A stretch of 64,000 bases of DNA from an uncultured Christensenellaceae bacterium (GCA_944381325.1 CALWKS010000003.1:198296-262295); one strand, 5' to 3'. Counted from the stretch's first letter, positions 29,757 through 39,709 are shown. Made by a program: numbers and translations. Notes: generated by a model from the sequence alone, not told the origin.

Positions 29757-32177
29757 TTATTTTTTAATAGCCTTGAGTAAAGCAAATAAACCTTTGAAGA
29801 ACTGTCCGTTCATCATAATGACCATACCGTCTACCATCTTCATGTTGAACATTCCCTGAGAGCTGAACGCCAGCGATCTGAGCGGCGAAGTCTTCAGAAC
29901 CTCGAATATCATCAGGAAGTTGGGGTCATATTTGTCGACACCCATCGACATCCTTATCATAGGCTTTGCGAAAGACAAAAGAAATCTTGCAAGCCCGCTG
30001 GTATGGGACATATCTTCAAAACTGTCATCGGAGGTAAAAGAACCTTTTTCGCACTTATGCGATATGCGAGTTGTCTTACCGCCTTTGAAAAGCGAAGCAA
30101 AGTCATCGTCGGGCACAGGCTTTTTGATGTCAGGAGAAAAATACCAACCTTTTGCAGTACATTTTTCGTCCTCTCTGACAGAGCCTTCAACGTGAACAGT
30201 AGCGCTGCATTTCAGCTCTCTTACGTTGCCGCCCACGGCAATTTCATAATCGCCGCTTTCAACGACCCAGTCCTTTTCATTAACATCATAAAACGCGAAC
30301 GCCCTTTTGTCAAGCATAAAAGTTACCGTAGCAGAACTTTTTGCAGCTACATTTACTTTATCAAAAGCTCTCAGTTGTATTTTGGGCATATACACGGTTT
30401 TGCCTTCGTGCTTAACGTAAAGCTGAACTATTTCCTTGCCGTCTCTGTCTCCCTTATTGTCAACGGTAACAGAAACTTTTAAGGTATCTCCTTCCTTTAA
30501 AGAAGTCTTGTCAAGCTTGAGATCACGGTAATCGTAAGTAGTATACGACAAGCCGAAACCGAACGGGAAAAGAACCGGCGCGTCTACGCTTTCAAAATAT
30601 CTGTAGCCGACATAAAGTCCTTCACGATATTCAACGTTGTATCTGTCTCCGGGGAAATATGCGCTTGAAGGCACATGCGACAGCTTAAGCGGATAAGTCT
30701 CAGCCAGCTTTCCGCAAGGATTGACCTTGCCGTACAGTACGTCAACCGTTGCTCCGCCGCTGTTCTGCCCTGCAAGCCCTGTCTGCAGGACTCCCTTTAC
30801 CTCGTCGATCCAGGGCATTGTTACGACAGCTCCTGCCGAAAGCACAACAACTACGTTTTTGTTTACTTTTGCGATCTCAGAGATAAGCTGATTGTGAGAA
30901 GCAGGCATTTCCATATCTTTACGGTCAAAGCCTTCAGCTTCGTATTCTCCGGGAAGTCCGGCAAATATAATCACCTTATCATAGTTCTTAGCTTTTTCAA
31001 CAGCTTTTTTTATAAGCTTTGAACAATCCTTACGCGTCTGTCTGTAATATCCTTCCTCGAAATCGTAAGCTATGCCGTCCTCTTTGAGGGCTTCGAGCGC
31101 GGACGTGATCTTGTGGCAGTTGATAAAAGAACTGCCCGCTCCCTGAAACCTGGAATTCTCAGCCATATCACCCACAACAAGAATTTTATCCTTTTTCGAA
31201 AGAGGAAGAATTTTATTTTTATTCTTAAGAAGAACGCAACATTCTGCCGCGGCTTTGCGCGCGAATTCGTTATGCTCTTTTATATCGTATGTAGCGCCTT
31301 CTTTGCGCTTATTGTACAAATCGAAGACAATATCGAGAATGCGGTCTACGCGCTCGTCCAGAACTTTTTCGTCAAGATTGCCTGCCTTGACTGCCTCTAC
31401 GATAAGAGCGTCGTTCATTCCTCCGCTGGACGGCATCTCGACGTGCATACCTGCTTTCACGCCGTCAACTCTGTGATTTACTGCGCCCCAGTCGCTTATG
31501 ACAATGCCTTTATAGCCCCATTCCTTATCCAGAATATCGTCAAGGACGTGAACGTTCTCGCTTGCAGACTGCCCGTTGATAAGGTTGTAAGAAGCCATGA
31601 CCGTCGCAGGCGCGCTTTTCTTTACGATTGTTTCGAATGCGGGAAGATAAATTTCTCTCATCGTGCGTTCGTCAACCACGGCATTGACAGACATTCTGTA
31701 TGTTTCCTGATTGTTTACAGCAAAATGTTTGACCGAAGTACCCACTCCCTGAGACTGTACGCCGTCTACAAAAGCCGCACCCAGCTCTCCGCTCAGAAGC
31801 GGATCTTCTGAAAAATATTCGAAGTTTCTGCCGCAAAGCGGAGAACGCTTTATGTTGACTCCGGGTCCGAGAACGACCTGTACGCCCTCTTTCTGTGCTT
31901 CTTCGCCTATGCGCTTGCCTATTTCTTTTATCAGCTCCCTGTCCCAGGAACAAGCCGTCGAACAAGCAAGCGGAAAGCACGTAGAATCAACAGAAACGTT
32001 CATCTGCGTGCTTACACCGGAATCTTTCTGCGTCCTGAGTCCGTGAGGACCGTCGGACACCATAATCTCAGGTATCCCCAATCTCTCGATACCCTTGAAA
32101 TGCCACATGTCTTTGCCCGAAAGAAGGGACGCTTTTTCTTCAAGCGTCATCTTTTCAATCAAATCTGCGTATTTCAT
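29757..32177 (-). CDS. glycoside hydrolase family 3 beta-glucosidase/xylosidase-type enzyme
   Basis: MTLEEKASLLSG, GPHGLR, KHFAVNNQE, nucleophile block ISDWGA. Fn3-like domain plus a C-terminal extension of about 130 aa. Confidence 0.9.
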   Translation of the reverse strand: MKYADLIEKMTLEEKASLLSGKDMWHFKGIERLGIPEIMVSDGPHGLRTQKDSGVSTQMNVSVDSTCFPLACSTACSWDRELIKEIGKRIGEEAQKEGVQVVLGPGVNIKRSPLCGRNFEYFSEDPLLSGELGAAFVDGVQSQGVGTSVKHFAVNNQETYRMSVNAVVDERTMREIYLPAFETIVKKSAPATVMASYNLINGQSASENVHVLDDILDKEWGYKGIVISDWGAVNHRVDGVKAGMHVEMPSSGGMNDALIVEAVKAGNLDEKVLDERVDRILDIVFDLYNKRKEGATYDIKEHNEFARKAAAECCVLLKNKNKILPLSKKDKILVVGDMAENSRFQGAGSSFINCHKITSALEALKEDGIAYDFEEGYYRQTRKDCSKLIKKAVEKAKNYDKVIIFAGLPGEYEAEGFDRKDMEMPASHNQLISEIAKVNKNVVVVLSAGAVVTMPWIDEVKGVLQTGLAGQNSGGATVDVLYGKVNPCGKLAETYPLKLSHVPSSAYFPGDRYNVEYREGLYVGYRYFESVDAPVLFPFGFGLSYTTYDYRDLKLDKTSLKEGDTLKVSVTVDNKGDRDGKEIVQLYVKHEGKTVYMPKIQLRAFDKVNVAAKSSATVTFMLDKRAFAFYDVNEKDWVVESGDYEIAVGGNVRELKCSATVHVEGSVREDEKCTAKGWYFSPDIKKPVPDDDFASLFKGGKTTRISHKCEKGSFTSDDSFEDMSHTSGLARFLLSFAKPMIRMSMGVDKYDPNFLMIFEVLKTSPLRSLAFSSQGMFNMKMVDGMVIMMNGQFFKGLFALLKAIKK

Positions 32178-32240
32178 ATATCTCTCCCTCTCGGCTTTAA
32201 GCCGTACGCCACACAGCGTATTATATCCCTACAAAATACG

Positions 32241-32274
32241 GATTTCGCAAGAAAAATTTTAAAATTGCGAAATC
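32241..32274. promoter_or_regulatory. operator-like inverted repeat GATTTCGCAA-N14-TTGCGAAATC
   Basis: Perfect 10-bp arms with an AT-rich 14-nt spacer, between the divergent GH3 gene and the small + strand gene. Abuts the 12-mer AAATACGGATTT (32234..32245). Confidence 0.45.
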
Positions 32275-32352
32275 AACTGACATATATTGTCATATTTTAT
32301 CCTCTATTATAAAATCACAAAAGGACGAAAGTCCGCAAGGAGGACAATATTT

Positions 32353-32604
32353 ATGACTTTTAAAACTTACGACGTAATCAATGAAAACCGCTCTCTCTCA
32401 GACAGACGCACCTGCCGTCCCACAATGACAGGTTCAGATAAAATATTCGCAAGAGCCGTTGTCAGAAGGCAGCTTCTGGTCGTAAAGGACCTTATGGCGC
32501 TTGACAAAACATATCCGAGTCTTATCGACAAGGACGTTATCGGCGGACTCTATGCTCTTTATACTCTGCTTGAAGACAACGTGAATTCAGTCACGTCACA
32601 TTAA
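32353..32604 (+). CDS. hypothetical small protein (83 aa)
   Basis: ORF 32287..32604 trimmed to the ATG with SD AAGGAGGA 8 nt upstream. No family recognised. The 3' end overlaps the convergent XRE gene by 9 nt. Confidence 0.45.
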   Translation: MTFKTYDVINENRSLSDRRTCRPTMTGSDKIFARAVVRRQLLVVKDLMALDKTYPSLIDKDVIGGLYALYTLLEDNVNSVTSH

Positions 32605-32799
32605 TACGTGGCCGAGAAGCTCGTCGGTGGAGACGCCGAGGAATGCGGCGATCTTGCACAGGCAAAGCAGAGACGGCTCACTCTCGCCTTTCTCATAATG
32701 GGAAACAGTGCGCTGAGAAACGCCTATTTCCTTAGCCAGTCTTTGTTGCGAAATATTTTTGACTTTGCGCAACTTCTTCAGATTCTTCCCAAATTCCAT
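32596..32799 (-). CDS. XRE/Cro-CI family HTH transcriptional regulator (67 aa)
   Basis: LKKLRKVKNISQQRLAKEIGVSQRTVSHYEKGESEPS is a canonical HTH_3. Confidence 0.82.
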   Translation of the reverse strand: MEFGKNLKKLRKVKNISQQRLAKEIGVSQRTVSHYEKGESEPSLLCLCKIAAFLGVSTDELLGHVLM

Positions 32800-32876
32800 A
32801 TCATTTTACTCCGCACAGACGTGCGCCCTTCCTAATTGTAATACGTATTTTAATACAGAAAATCCGTATTTATTAA

Positions 32877-32905
32877 ATTATAGCACAAGTTTTTCGTCTA
32901 TTCAA
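32877..32905 (-). promoter_or_regulatory. sigma-A type promoter candidate for the XRE gene (TTGAAT-17-TGcTATAAT)
   Basis: On the minus strand, TTGAAT (32905..32900), 17 nt, then TG-extended TATAAT (32882..32877). The 12-mer AAATACGGATTT (32871..32860) sits at the predicted TSS. Confidence 0.6.
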
Positions 32906-33385
32906 TGGTATTCGTTAATTTTTTTACAAAATTTATTCCTATTTTATACATAACATTAACGTAATCACACAATTTTTGCAAATTAACACACAAAAAGCAA
33001 TGATATTTTCTGTTACTTTAAGCTCTGACGTTTTGCAACGTTATATATTCTGTTTTCAAACTATGCCGCAAAAGCGTTTCTTAAAGCTTTATTCTCCCGA
33101 TTTTTACATAAGTTGATAAAACAAAATTACTTTTTATTCTGTCTTAAAAAAATTTTTTGTAAAAATTACAATTCAAATAATTGTTTTTTACATTTTTCTT
33201 CGTAATTAGCTGAATTTGACAGCACTTACTGCTGAAATCCTGCATTTTTAAACTCAATAACACTTAAATCGACAAATCCGAATTAATTTTAAGCATAATT
33301 GTGCGATCAAGCGTTTCAGCCTGAAAACACTTTTAAATCCATAATTATTTTGTATATTTATTCGCATTATTCATAATTATTATGC

Positions 33386-33420
33386 AAAAAAAGAGTTGCG
33401 GTTTTACTCCGCAACTCTTT
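33386..33420 (-). terminator. rho-independent terminator after rho
   Basis: AAGAGTTGCGG ttttact CCGCAACTCTT. The A-run on plus gives a U-tail on minus. Confidence 0.85.
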
Positions 33421-33436
33421 CAGCTTTATCCGGAAT

Positions 33437-34915
33437 TTATTTTCTGAAACTGAAGCCTTCTTTTTCCCATCTGTTGACCTGAGAACAGATAATTCCGATA
33501 AACTCGTCGTTGTTCTTTGTCTTGACTATATAATCGAGAAGTTTTTCTGTCGCTTCCTGACTATCCATAGAACTTATCATCTTTCTCATAGCGAATACGC
33601 CTTCAAGTTCCTTCTGCGTAAGCAGCAGGTCTTCTCTTCTGGTGCTAGATCTGTTGAGATCTATTGCAGGGAACACTCTGCGCTCGCTCATCTTACGGTC
33701 AAGATGGATTTCCATATTGCCCGTGCCCTTGAATTCTTCGTAAATAACGTCGTCCATACGGCTGCCCGTATCTATAAGCGCAGTTGCTATGATCGTAAGA
33801 GAACCGCCGTTTTCTATATTTCTTGCGCTTCCGAAAAATCTCTTCGGGCTGTGCAAAGCTCCCGGGTCGATACCGCCTGAAAGAGTTCTGCCTGTGGGCG
33901 GAATCGTAAGGTTGTACGCTCTTGCAAGTCTTGTAAGAGAATCCATTATTATAACTACGTCCTTGCCAAGCTCTACGTTACGCTTAGCTCTTTCGATAAG
34001 AAGTTCTGCAGACTTGCAGTGATGTTCAGGCGTTTCGTCAAAAGTGGAATAAATGACCTCTCCGTTTATGCTTCTCTGCATATCCGTAACTTCTTCAGGT
34101 CTCTCGTCCACGAGAAGGACAAAAAGCATCACTTCGGGATAATTCAGAGAAATACTGTTGGCAATCTTTTTGAGAAGGGTCGTCTTACCTGCCTTGGGGG
34201 GAGAAACAATCATCGCCCTTTGCCCCTTACCTATCGGTGCAATAAGGTCTATACATCTTATAGCAAAATCGCTTTTGCCCGTCTTAAGCTCGAGTCTCAA
34301 TCTTTCGTCAGGATATATTGGCACGAGATTGTCGAAAACGGGACGGCTGCGCAGATTTTCAGGCGCGTTGCCGTTCACCTCGTCAACCGCTACAAGCGCC
34401 GGGGGCTTGTTTTCAGCGTTTCTGCGCGCTCTTCCGACCACCTTGTCGCCTGCTCTGAGTCCCACTGACTTTATTAGTTTTGCAGACACGTAAGTATCCT
34501 TATTGCCGTACTCGCAATTTTCAGCTCTGAGGAAGCCGTATCCGTCGGGGTGGATATCCAGCACACCGTGCTTTTCCTCAAGCTCTTCCGCATTCTCCTC
34601 AGGCAGGTTGTTCTGAACGTTTTCGCGCTCAGCAAACTTTTTCACGTTTTTATTGTTTTCTTCCTGCTGAACAGGTTTGCTTTCAGGTTTGACGTCTTCG
34701 CTTTCAAGTTCTCTGGGCTTGTTCAGGGGACGACGACCGCGAGTGCTTCTCGTAGGCTGAATTTCGCCCTCCGCTATGCCGCGGTACTGTGCGATGATTT
34801 CTTCTTTCTTTTTGGATGTGGGAGAACTTACGCCGATTTCACGCGCAACTTCTCTGAGTTGGAAAACAGTCATTTTATTCAACTCTTCCTCGGTGTAAAA
34901 TTTCTTATCGCTCAT
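33437..34915 (-). CDS. rho: transcription termination factor Rho (with N-terminal insertion domain)
   Basis: Trimmed to [22 protein letters not shown] (SD AGGAGA). Rho N-terminal helix bundle, CSD-like GYGFLR, Walker A PPKAGKTT, and the RecA-type C-terminus ending in the SSTRREDLL region. Confidence 0.93.
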   Translation of the reverse strand: MSDKKFYTEEELNKMTVFQLREVAREIGVSSPTSKKKEEIIAQYRGIAEGEIQPTRSTRGRRPLNKPRELESEDVKPESKPVQQEENNKNVKKFAERENVQNNLPEENAEELEEKHGVLDIHPDGYGFLRAENCEYGNKDTYVSAKLIKSVGLRAGDKVVGRARRNAENKPPALVAVDEVNGNAPENLRSRPVFDNLVPIYPDERLRLELKTGKSDFAIRCIDLIAPIGKGQRAMIVSPPKAGKTTLLKKIANSISLNYPEVMLFVLLVDERPEEVTDMQRSINGEVIYSTFDETPEHHCKSAELLIERAKRNVELGKDVVIIMDSLTRLARAYNLTIPPTGRTLSGGIDPGALHSPKRFFGSARNIENGGSLTIIATALIDTGSRMDDVIYEEFKGTGNMEIHLDRKMSERRVFPAIDLNRSSTRREDLLLTQKELEGVFAMRKMISSMDSQEATEKLLDYIVKTKNNDEFIGIICSQVNRWEKEGFSFRK

Positions 34916-35068
34916 ATTTTTTCTCCTGAAGAATATGTACTCTGTAAAGCACGCAATTATTTGCTTTTCGACTAAATATGTCAAAAAAAGTGCCTTTTAA
35001 TCGTTTGTAAAAAATTTGATATTTTAAAAAGGAAAAGATTTAAAAAAATAAATCTCTTTAAGTGTTGC

Positions 35069-35097
35069 CCGATACGCGCTTAATATGCGCGTATCGG
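35069..35097. other. perfect 11-bp GC-rich hairpin CCGATACGCGC-N7-GCGCGTATCGG
   Basis: Lies 10 nt past the stop of the MBL gene and upstream of the rho leader. There is no adjacent U-tract on either strand. Confidence 0.6.
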
Positions 35098-35106
35098 AAT
35101 TAAAAA

Positions 35107-35763
35107 TCAGAATTTTGCGTCTGAGAACACGAATACCTTTGTACAATCGCCGTCAAAATAATCGCGGTGCACCTCAACCGTATCGCCGTCAATGCGTACG
35201 ATCTGCTCTTCATCGAAAAGCTCCAGGAATTTGTCTACGCCGTCAATATCGATTTTGCAAGACGGAGTTTCGTAATGCATGGGAATGACGATGTCCGGCA
35301 TAAGAAAATCCACATACTCCTTAGCCTGCTGAGCGTTGATCGTATAGTTGCCGCCGACAGGTATCATAAGTACGTTTACAGTGCCGATGGAATCACCCAT
35401 CTTTACCGTACATTCCTCTCCTACATCGCCGAGATGGCAGAGGTCTACGCCGTCTATTCTGAACTTGAAGATGAGGTTTTCACCCCTCTTTTTACCGTTT
35501 TCGGCATCGTGGTAGCTGAGAAGCGAAGATACGTCGATACCTTTTACCTCCCAGAATCCGAGCGAGTCGATAATCTGCACGTCGGCGTTGAGCTTTTTCA
35601 GGTCGTCGTGGTCGTTGTGGTGGTGGCTTATAGTCACTGCGTCGGCGTTGACGTCCTGCATCTCGTAACCGACCAGCTTCTTACTGTAAGGATCCGTCAC
35701 TACGACGGTGCCTGTGGATTCTTCCAGCTTGAATGCCGAGTGACCCAGCCAAGTAATTTTCAT
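35107..35763 (-). CDS. MBL-fold metal-dependent hydrolase (UPF0173-like)
   Basis: MKITWLGHSAFKLE, ISHHHNDHDD motif. 218 aa. Confidence 0.8.
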   Translation of the reverse strand: MKITWLGHSAFKLEESTGTVVVTDPYSKKLVGYEMQDVNADAVTISHHHNDHDDLKKLNADVQIIDSLGFWEVKGIDVSSLLSYHDAENGKKRGENLIFKFRIDGVDLCHLGDVGEECTVKMGDSIGTVNVLMIPVGGNYTINAQQAKEYVDFLMPDIVIPMHYETPSCKIDIDGVDKFLELFDEEQIVRIDGDTVEVHRDYFDGDCTKVFVFSDAKF

Positions 35764-35766
35764 ATT

Positions 35767-36963
35767 TTATTCCTCTATATCCAAAGCTATCTGCTCAGGT
35801 TTGTTTGCATTGAATTTCGCAATCAGCTCGTGTATCTTATCGTGCGGATCGAGAAGTTCGCTGAGCGATTTGTTCTGGTCGCACGCAGAAATGATATACG
35901 CAAGGAATTTTGACATATCAGCCTGGATAAACCACTTTCTCTCAAGCAGTTCTTTGGGCGCATATGTAAGGTTCGTGCTTACTACAGCGGTGAAAAGACC
36001 CTGCTCGTAAGCGTCGTCGAACTTCTTAAGTCCTTCCGTAAACAACGCATAGGTAGCTGAAAGGAAAATCTTGCCGCAACCTCTTTCTTTAAGCTCGTTG
36101 CAAAGCTTGAGCATAGAGTCGCCGGTTGCGATGATGTCGTCTGCCACGAAGATGTCCTTATTGCGGACGTCGTTGCCGATATATTCGTGAGCGACGATGG
36201 GGTTTCTGCCGTTGACTACGTTTGCGTAATCTCTTCTCTTGTAGAACATACCGAGGTCTGTTCCCAATACGGACGCATAGTAGATGTTGCGGCTCATAGC
36301 GCCTTCGTCGGGGCTGACTATCATAAATCTTTCTCTTGTCATATCGAGATCGGTATAAGAACGGAGCATCGCCTTGAGAATCTGATACGTTGGCAGGAAG
36401 TTGTCAAAGCCCATAAGGGGAACTGCGTTCTGAACGCGCGGATCGTGAGCGTCGAAAGTAATGATTTCGCTTACGCCCATATCTCTGAGTTCCTGAAGCA
36501 TCTGCGCGCAGTCGAGAGACTCTCTCGCATTGCGGCGGTGCTGTCTGCCGCCGTAAAGGCTGGGCATGACAACGGTAATGGACTTAGCCTTTCCTCCGCA
36601 TGCCGCGATAACTCTCTTGAGGTCGCAGTAGTGATCGTCGGGAGACATATTGTTCTCAAAACCGAACATATTGTATTTGATAGAATAATTGCCGACGTCG
36701 CAGAGAATGTAGAGGTCCTTACCTCTTATGGTCTCCATAACGAGACCCTTACCGTCGCCGGTGGTGAATCTGGGGCAGTTGTTCTTTATAAGGAAAGTGT
36801 CGCGGTGAAACTTCTTACCCTGCGCCTTTGCCTCCTGATTGTACCAGTTGACGAGGTAATAATCCACCTTGTCGCCCAGCTCTTTAGCGCCTGCAAGCGC
36901 AATAAGAGCCATATTGGAAGTGTCTTTGTCGAAATTGAATATAGACTCAAAAAACGGTCTCAT
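35767..36963 (-). CDS. prs: ribose-phosphate pyrophosphokinase family protein (long form)
   Basis: ITFDAHD, VSPDEGA, PRPP-binding loop VADDIIATGDS. 398 aa. Confidence 0.78.
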   Translation of the reverse strand: MRPFFESIFNFDKDTSNMALIALAGAKELGDKVDYYLVNWYNQEAKAQGKKFHRDTFLIKNNCPRFTTGDGKGLVMETIRGKDLYILCDVGNYSIKYNMFGFENNMSPDDHYCDLKRVIAACGGKAKSITVVMPSLYGGRQHRRNARESLDCAQMLQELRDMGVSEIITFDAHDPRVQNAVPLMGFDNFLPTYQILKAMLRSYTDLDMTRERFMIVSPDEGAMSRNIYYASVLGTDLGMFYKRRDYANVVNGRNPIVAHEYIGNDVRNKDIFVADDIIATGDSMLKLCNELKERGCGKIFLSATYALFTEGLKKFDDAYEQGLFTAVVSTNLTYAPKELLERKWFIQADMSKFLAYIISACDQNKSLSELLDPHDKIHELIAKFNANKPEQIALDIEE

Positions 36964-37231
36964 TCTTGCCTCCGTATTTATAAATATTGTCTTTTGATTT
37001 CACGGTATAAACGTCATCGGCGTCTGCCATACGGCAACGCAGAGACATTGAAATAAAGGTTTGAAGTCGGTCGTCAGGTAAATGATCCATAACTCCTCGC
37101 AAAATAAATATAAGCGCGGCAACCTGCGCGCGGTTACATAACTATATTATCATTTAATGAGTATTATTTCAACTAAAAAACAGAGTGATTTTTAATAATT
37201 TACTCAAAATCGGCTGACAGACAAAATTCTT

Positions 37232-37957
37232 TCAAAACTCCAGCGCAGAAAACACTTCGCCGATCTGCTCTGAAAAAGTAAGCGTCGCTCCTCTTACAGA
37301 CAGCCCCGATTTGTTTATAAGAACTATGTTTTTGCCAGAAAAATAATTGACGAGACCTGCCGCGGGATACACGTTGAGCGACGTGCCTCCCACAATGAGA
37401 GTGTCCGCTTTTTCCACATAGTCCAGCGCTCTTTCAAAAACGCCCGTCGGCAAAGCCTCTCCGTACAGCACGACGTCAGGTTTTATTATTCCGCCGCAAG
37501 AACAGCGCGGCACGCCGTCTGCGGTAGCGACATAAGCCGCGTCGTATTTTCTGCCGCAATCAAGGCAGGTATTGCGATGTATGCTGCCGTGAAGCTCCAG
37601 CACGTTTTTACTGCCTGCCGCCTGATGAAGTCCGTCTATGTTCTGCGTTATCACCGCCTCAAGCAAGCCTTTCTTCTCCATCTCCGCCAGTGCGATGTGC
37701 GCCGCGTTGGGCTTTGCTGAAAGCGGCATCATATATTTCTTGTAAAAGTCGAAAAACACTCCGGTCTTTGCATAAAAGAAATCGTGAGACAAAATGACTT
37801 CAGGCGGATAAGAATATTTCTGAGAAAAAATCCCCCCTGAAGAACGGAAATCAGGCACTCCGCTTTCTGTGGAAACTCCCGCGCCGCCGAAGAAAACCGC
37901 ATTACCTTTAGCCACGATATCTTTAAGCTCTTTTACTCTTTCTTCAAAACTTTCCAT
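37232..37957 (-). CDS. cobB: NAD-dependent protein deacylase (Sir2 family)
   Basis: GGAGVSTESGVPDFRS, TQNIDGLH, ELHGS, Zn ribbon CLDCG...CSCGG. Confidence 0.9.
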   Translation of the reverse strand: MESFEERVKELKDIVAKGNAVFFGGAGVSTESGVPDFRSSGGIFSQKYSYPPEVILSHDFFYAKTGVFFDFYKKYMMPLSAKPNAAHIALAEMEKKGLLEAVITQNIDGLHQAAGSKNVLELHGSIHRNTCLDCGRKYDAAYVATADGVPRCSCGGIIKPDVVLYGEALPTGVFERALDYVEKADTLIVGGTSLNVYPAAGLVNYFSGKNIVLINKSGLSVRGATLTFSEQIGEVFSALEF

Positions 37958-37966
37958 ATTTTTAAA

Positions 37967-39601
37967 CTATTTACTCAATATATATGTGGTTATGCTCTGC
38001 GCAGGAAGACTCACCCTGCCCGTCCACTCTCCGGCTGTTTCATCCCAGCCGCTCTGAGCAGCAGAGGTTGTGCGCACCGTTGTTACATTGCCGTAGTCCG
38101 ACAATCCGCCTATCGTAACGTTCTTGTCTCTCTTTGAATTGTTTATCACGACCACCACGACCGTTCCGTCCGCTTTCTTGTATGCGCTGTAATCAAGCCC
38201 TGCCCAGCCGGTCAGGTCTGAACACGTTGCGTTTACGCGCACGTCGCCCTTGTCGATATATCTGGAGAACTGCCCCATAACGTAATAACGTTTGAGAACT
38301 GAAAGTTTCTGATTCCCGTCGCCGTAATCGTCCCAATACACAAGCCCGTCGTTGTAATCGCAGGGAGATATAGCCAGCCACCAGTTCCAGTCAACGGCGC
38401 TGAGCATTGTCATATCGCGGCTTATCACATTGCCGAGAAGAAGTCCACTCTCTATAGTATCGTATCTGCCGCCTTCCATCTCGCAGTATTCGGTAATCGA
38501 AATACCCAGCCCAGAATATTTGTCGTCGATATAGTTCTGATATCTATCTCTGTGCGTCTTGCTGTCGTCTGCGCCGTAAGAATGAGCAGATATATACTCT
38601 ATATCGTCAAAATAATCGTACTTGCTAATAGCTTTCAGATAATCTTTTATATCTACGCGACCCGGATAAAACTTATAATTGCCGCTCTCAAGCACATCGC
38701 ATTTGTAATCGGTGCCGTTTTCAGCATTAAACTGTTCGAGCTTGTCGAAAAAAACATCGTAAAAAGCTGCAAGCGGCTCAGGATCGAAGTGACAACCTTC
38801 CTGCGATGAGCCCTCTCCGCCCCAGTCCCACTGCGGCTCGTTGACAGGGCTTATCACTATTTCAGGCACTTTTTCAAGTCCTGCCAAGTGTCTTTTGACA
38901 AGATTGTCGACTATTATCAGAAGATAATCGCAATAGGCTTCATAAAATTCTTCTTTGAGATTGTTCTGCTGCACTTCAGCGCCCGTGCAAGTGCCTGAAA
39001 CCGTCATAAGATAATGCGGAGAATTGGCAAAAAACACGATCTTATCAATGCCGCCTGTCGCAAGAGCCATATCCAGCATACCGAGAGCGCCCTGATCTCG
39101 CGTATCGAAATCGTAATTGCTTTCATCCGCAAACGCCGCTTTCAGTTCTTCATCGTCAGCGTCAAGAAACCCTTCTGCCTTAAAGAAACTTTCCGCGCGC
39201 CTGTCCTTGTCGAACCAGCCGTTATTGTACGGCGGCACATTGTCGAGATTTGAATCGAGAGAACCTCCGCCGATATTGAACCTTGCGATATTAAGTCTGA
39301 GTCCGCTGTCTCCGTAAAGCATCTCTATCGCCTGTTCCTTTACCTCGTCGGTTGCGTCAAGTCCCATTCTCTGAAATGTCCATGCCATAGAAGCGCCGAA
39401 GCCCTGAACGGTCTGTTTCTCGTCCGACAGATCTACAGTTATACGAAGATCAGAATAAGCGGCAATGCTGTAAATGCTCAGGCATATTGCCGTGATCATA
39501 AAAAGAACAAGCAAAGTGAGTCCTGTTTTCAAGGCGATTTTCTTGCCGTTGTTCCTGAAAAACGTTTTTACGTCTTCTTTTGAAATAGTTGATTTTCTCA
39601 A
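37967..39601 (-). CDS. membrane-anchored clan GH-A glycoside hydrolase, GH30-like
   Basis: TTG start with SD GGGAGA; N-terminal TM anchor. QTVQGFGASMAW, acid/base-like SPVNEPQWDW, nucleophile-like SITEYCE. Confidence 0.55.
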   Translation of the reverse strand: MRKSTISKEDVKTFFRNNGKKIALKTGLTLLVLFMITAICLSIYSIAAYSDLRITVDLSDEKQTVQGFGASMAWTFQRMGLDATDEVKEQAIEMLYGDSGLRLNIARFNIGGGSLDSNLDNVPPYNNGWFDKDRRAESFFKAEGFLDADDEELKAAFADESNYDFDTRDQGALGMLDMALATGGIDKIVFFANSPHYLMTVSGTCTGAEVQQNNLKEEFYEAYCDYLLIIVDNLVKRHLAGLEKVPEIVISPVNEPQWDWGGEGSSQEGCHFDPEPLAAFYDVFFDKLEQFNAENGTDYKCDVLESGNYKFYPGRVDIKDYLKAISKYDYFDDIEYISAHSYGADDSKTHRDRYQNYIDDKYSGLGISITEYCEMEGGRYDTIESGLLLGNVISRDMTMLSAVDWNWWLAISPCDYNDGLVYWDDYGDGNQKLSVLKRYYVMGQFSRYIDKGDVRVNATCSDLTGWAGLDYSAYKKADGTVVVVVINNSKRDKNVTIGGLSDYGNVTTVRTTSAAQSGWDETAGEWTGRVSLPAQSITTYILSK

Positions 39602-39666
39602 AATTTTTCTCCCTGTACCACAATTTTCTTTATTATATCAAAAAAAGCTTATAACGTGCAACTAAA

Positions 39667-39709
39667 TAAAAAACAGCGGCAACCCGCAATCTTTACGGTA
39701 TTTGCCGCT
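39667..39709 (-). terminator. rho-independent terminator after ybaK
   Basis: AGCGGCAA / TTGCCGCT stem with a 19-nt loop. The A-run on plus gives a U-tail on minus. Confidence 0.55.

Noticed and set aside
35167-37056. Plus-strand ORFs of 248 and 289 aa antisense to the MBL hydrolase and prs
   Set aside because: Same shadow-ORF pattern. The minus-strand products have clear family motifs.
36947-37090. 47-codon upstream ORF (MDHLPDDRLQTF...) overlapping the prs start, possible leader peptide
   Set aside because: The GAGGAG lies only 2 nt from its ATG, which is too close for a functional SD. There is no regulatory codon run and no alternative-hairpin logic evident, so I treat it as chance.
37101-37135. 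Weak GCGCG-N8-CGCGC hairpin with an A/T-rich flank as the cobB terminator
   Set aside because: The stem is only 5 bp, lies about 100 nt past the stop, and has an interrupted U-tract. This is too weak to call, and cobB-prs read-through is equally plausible.
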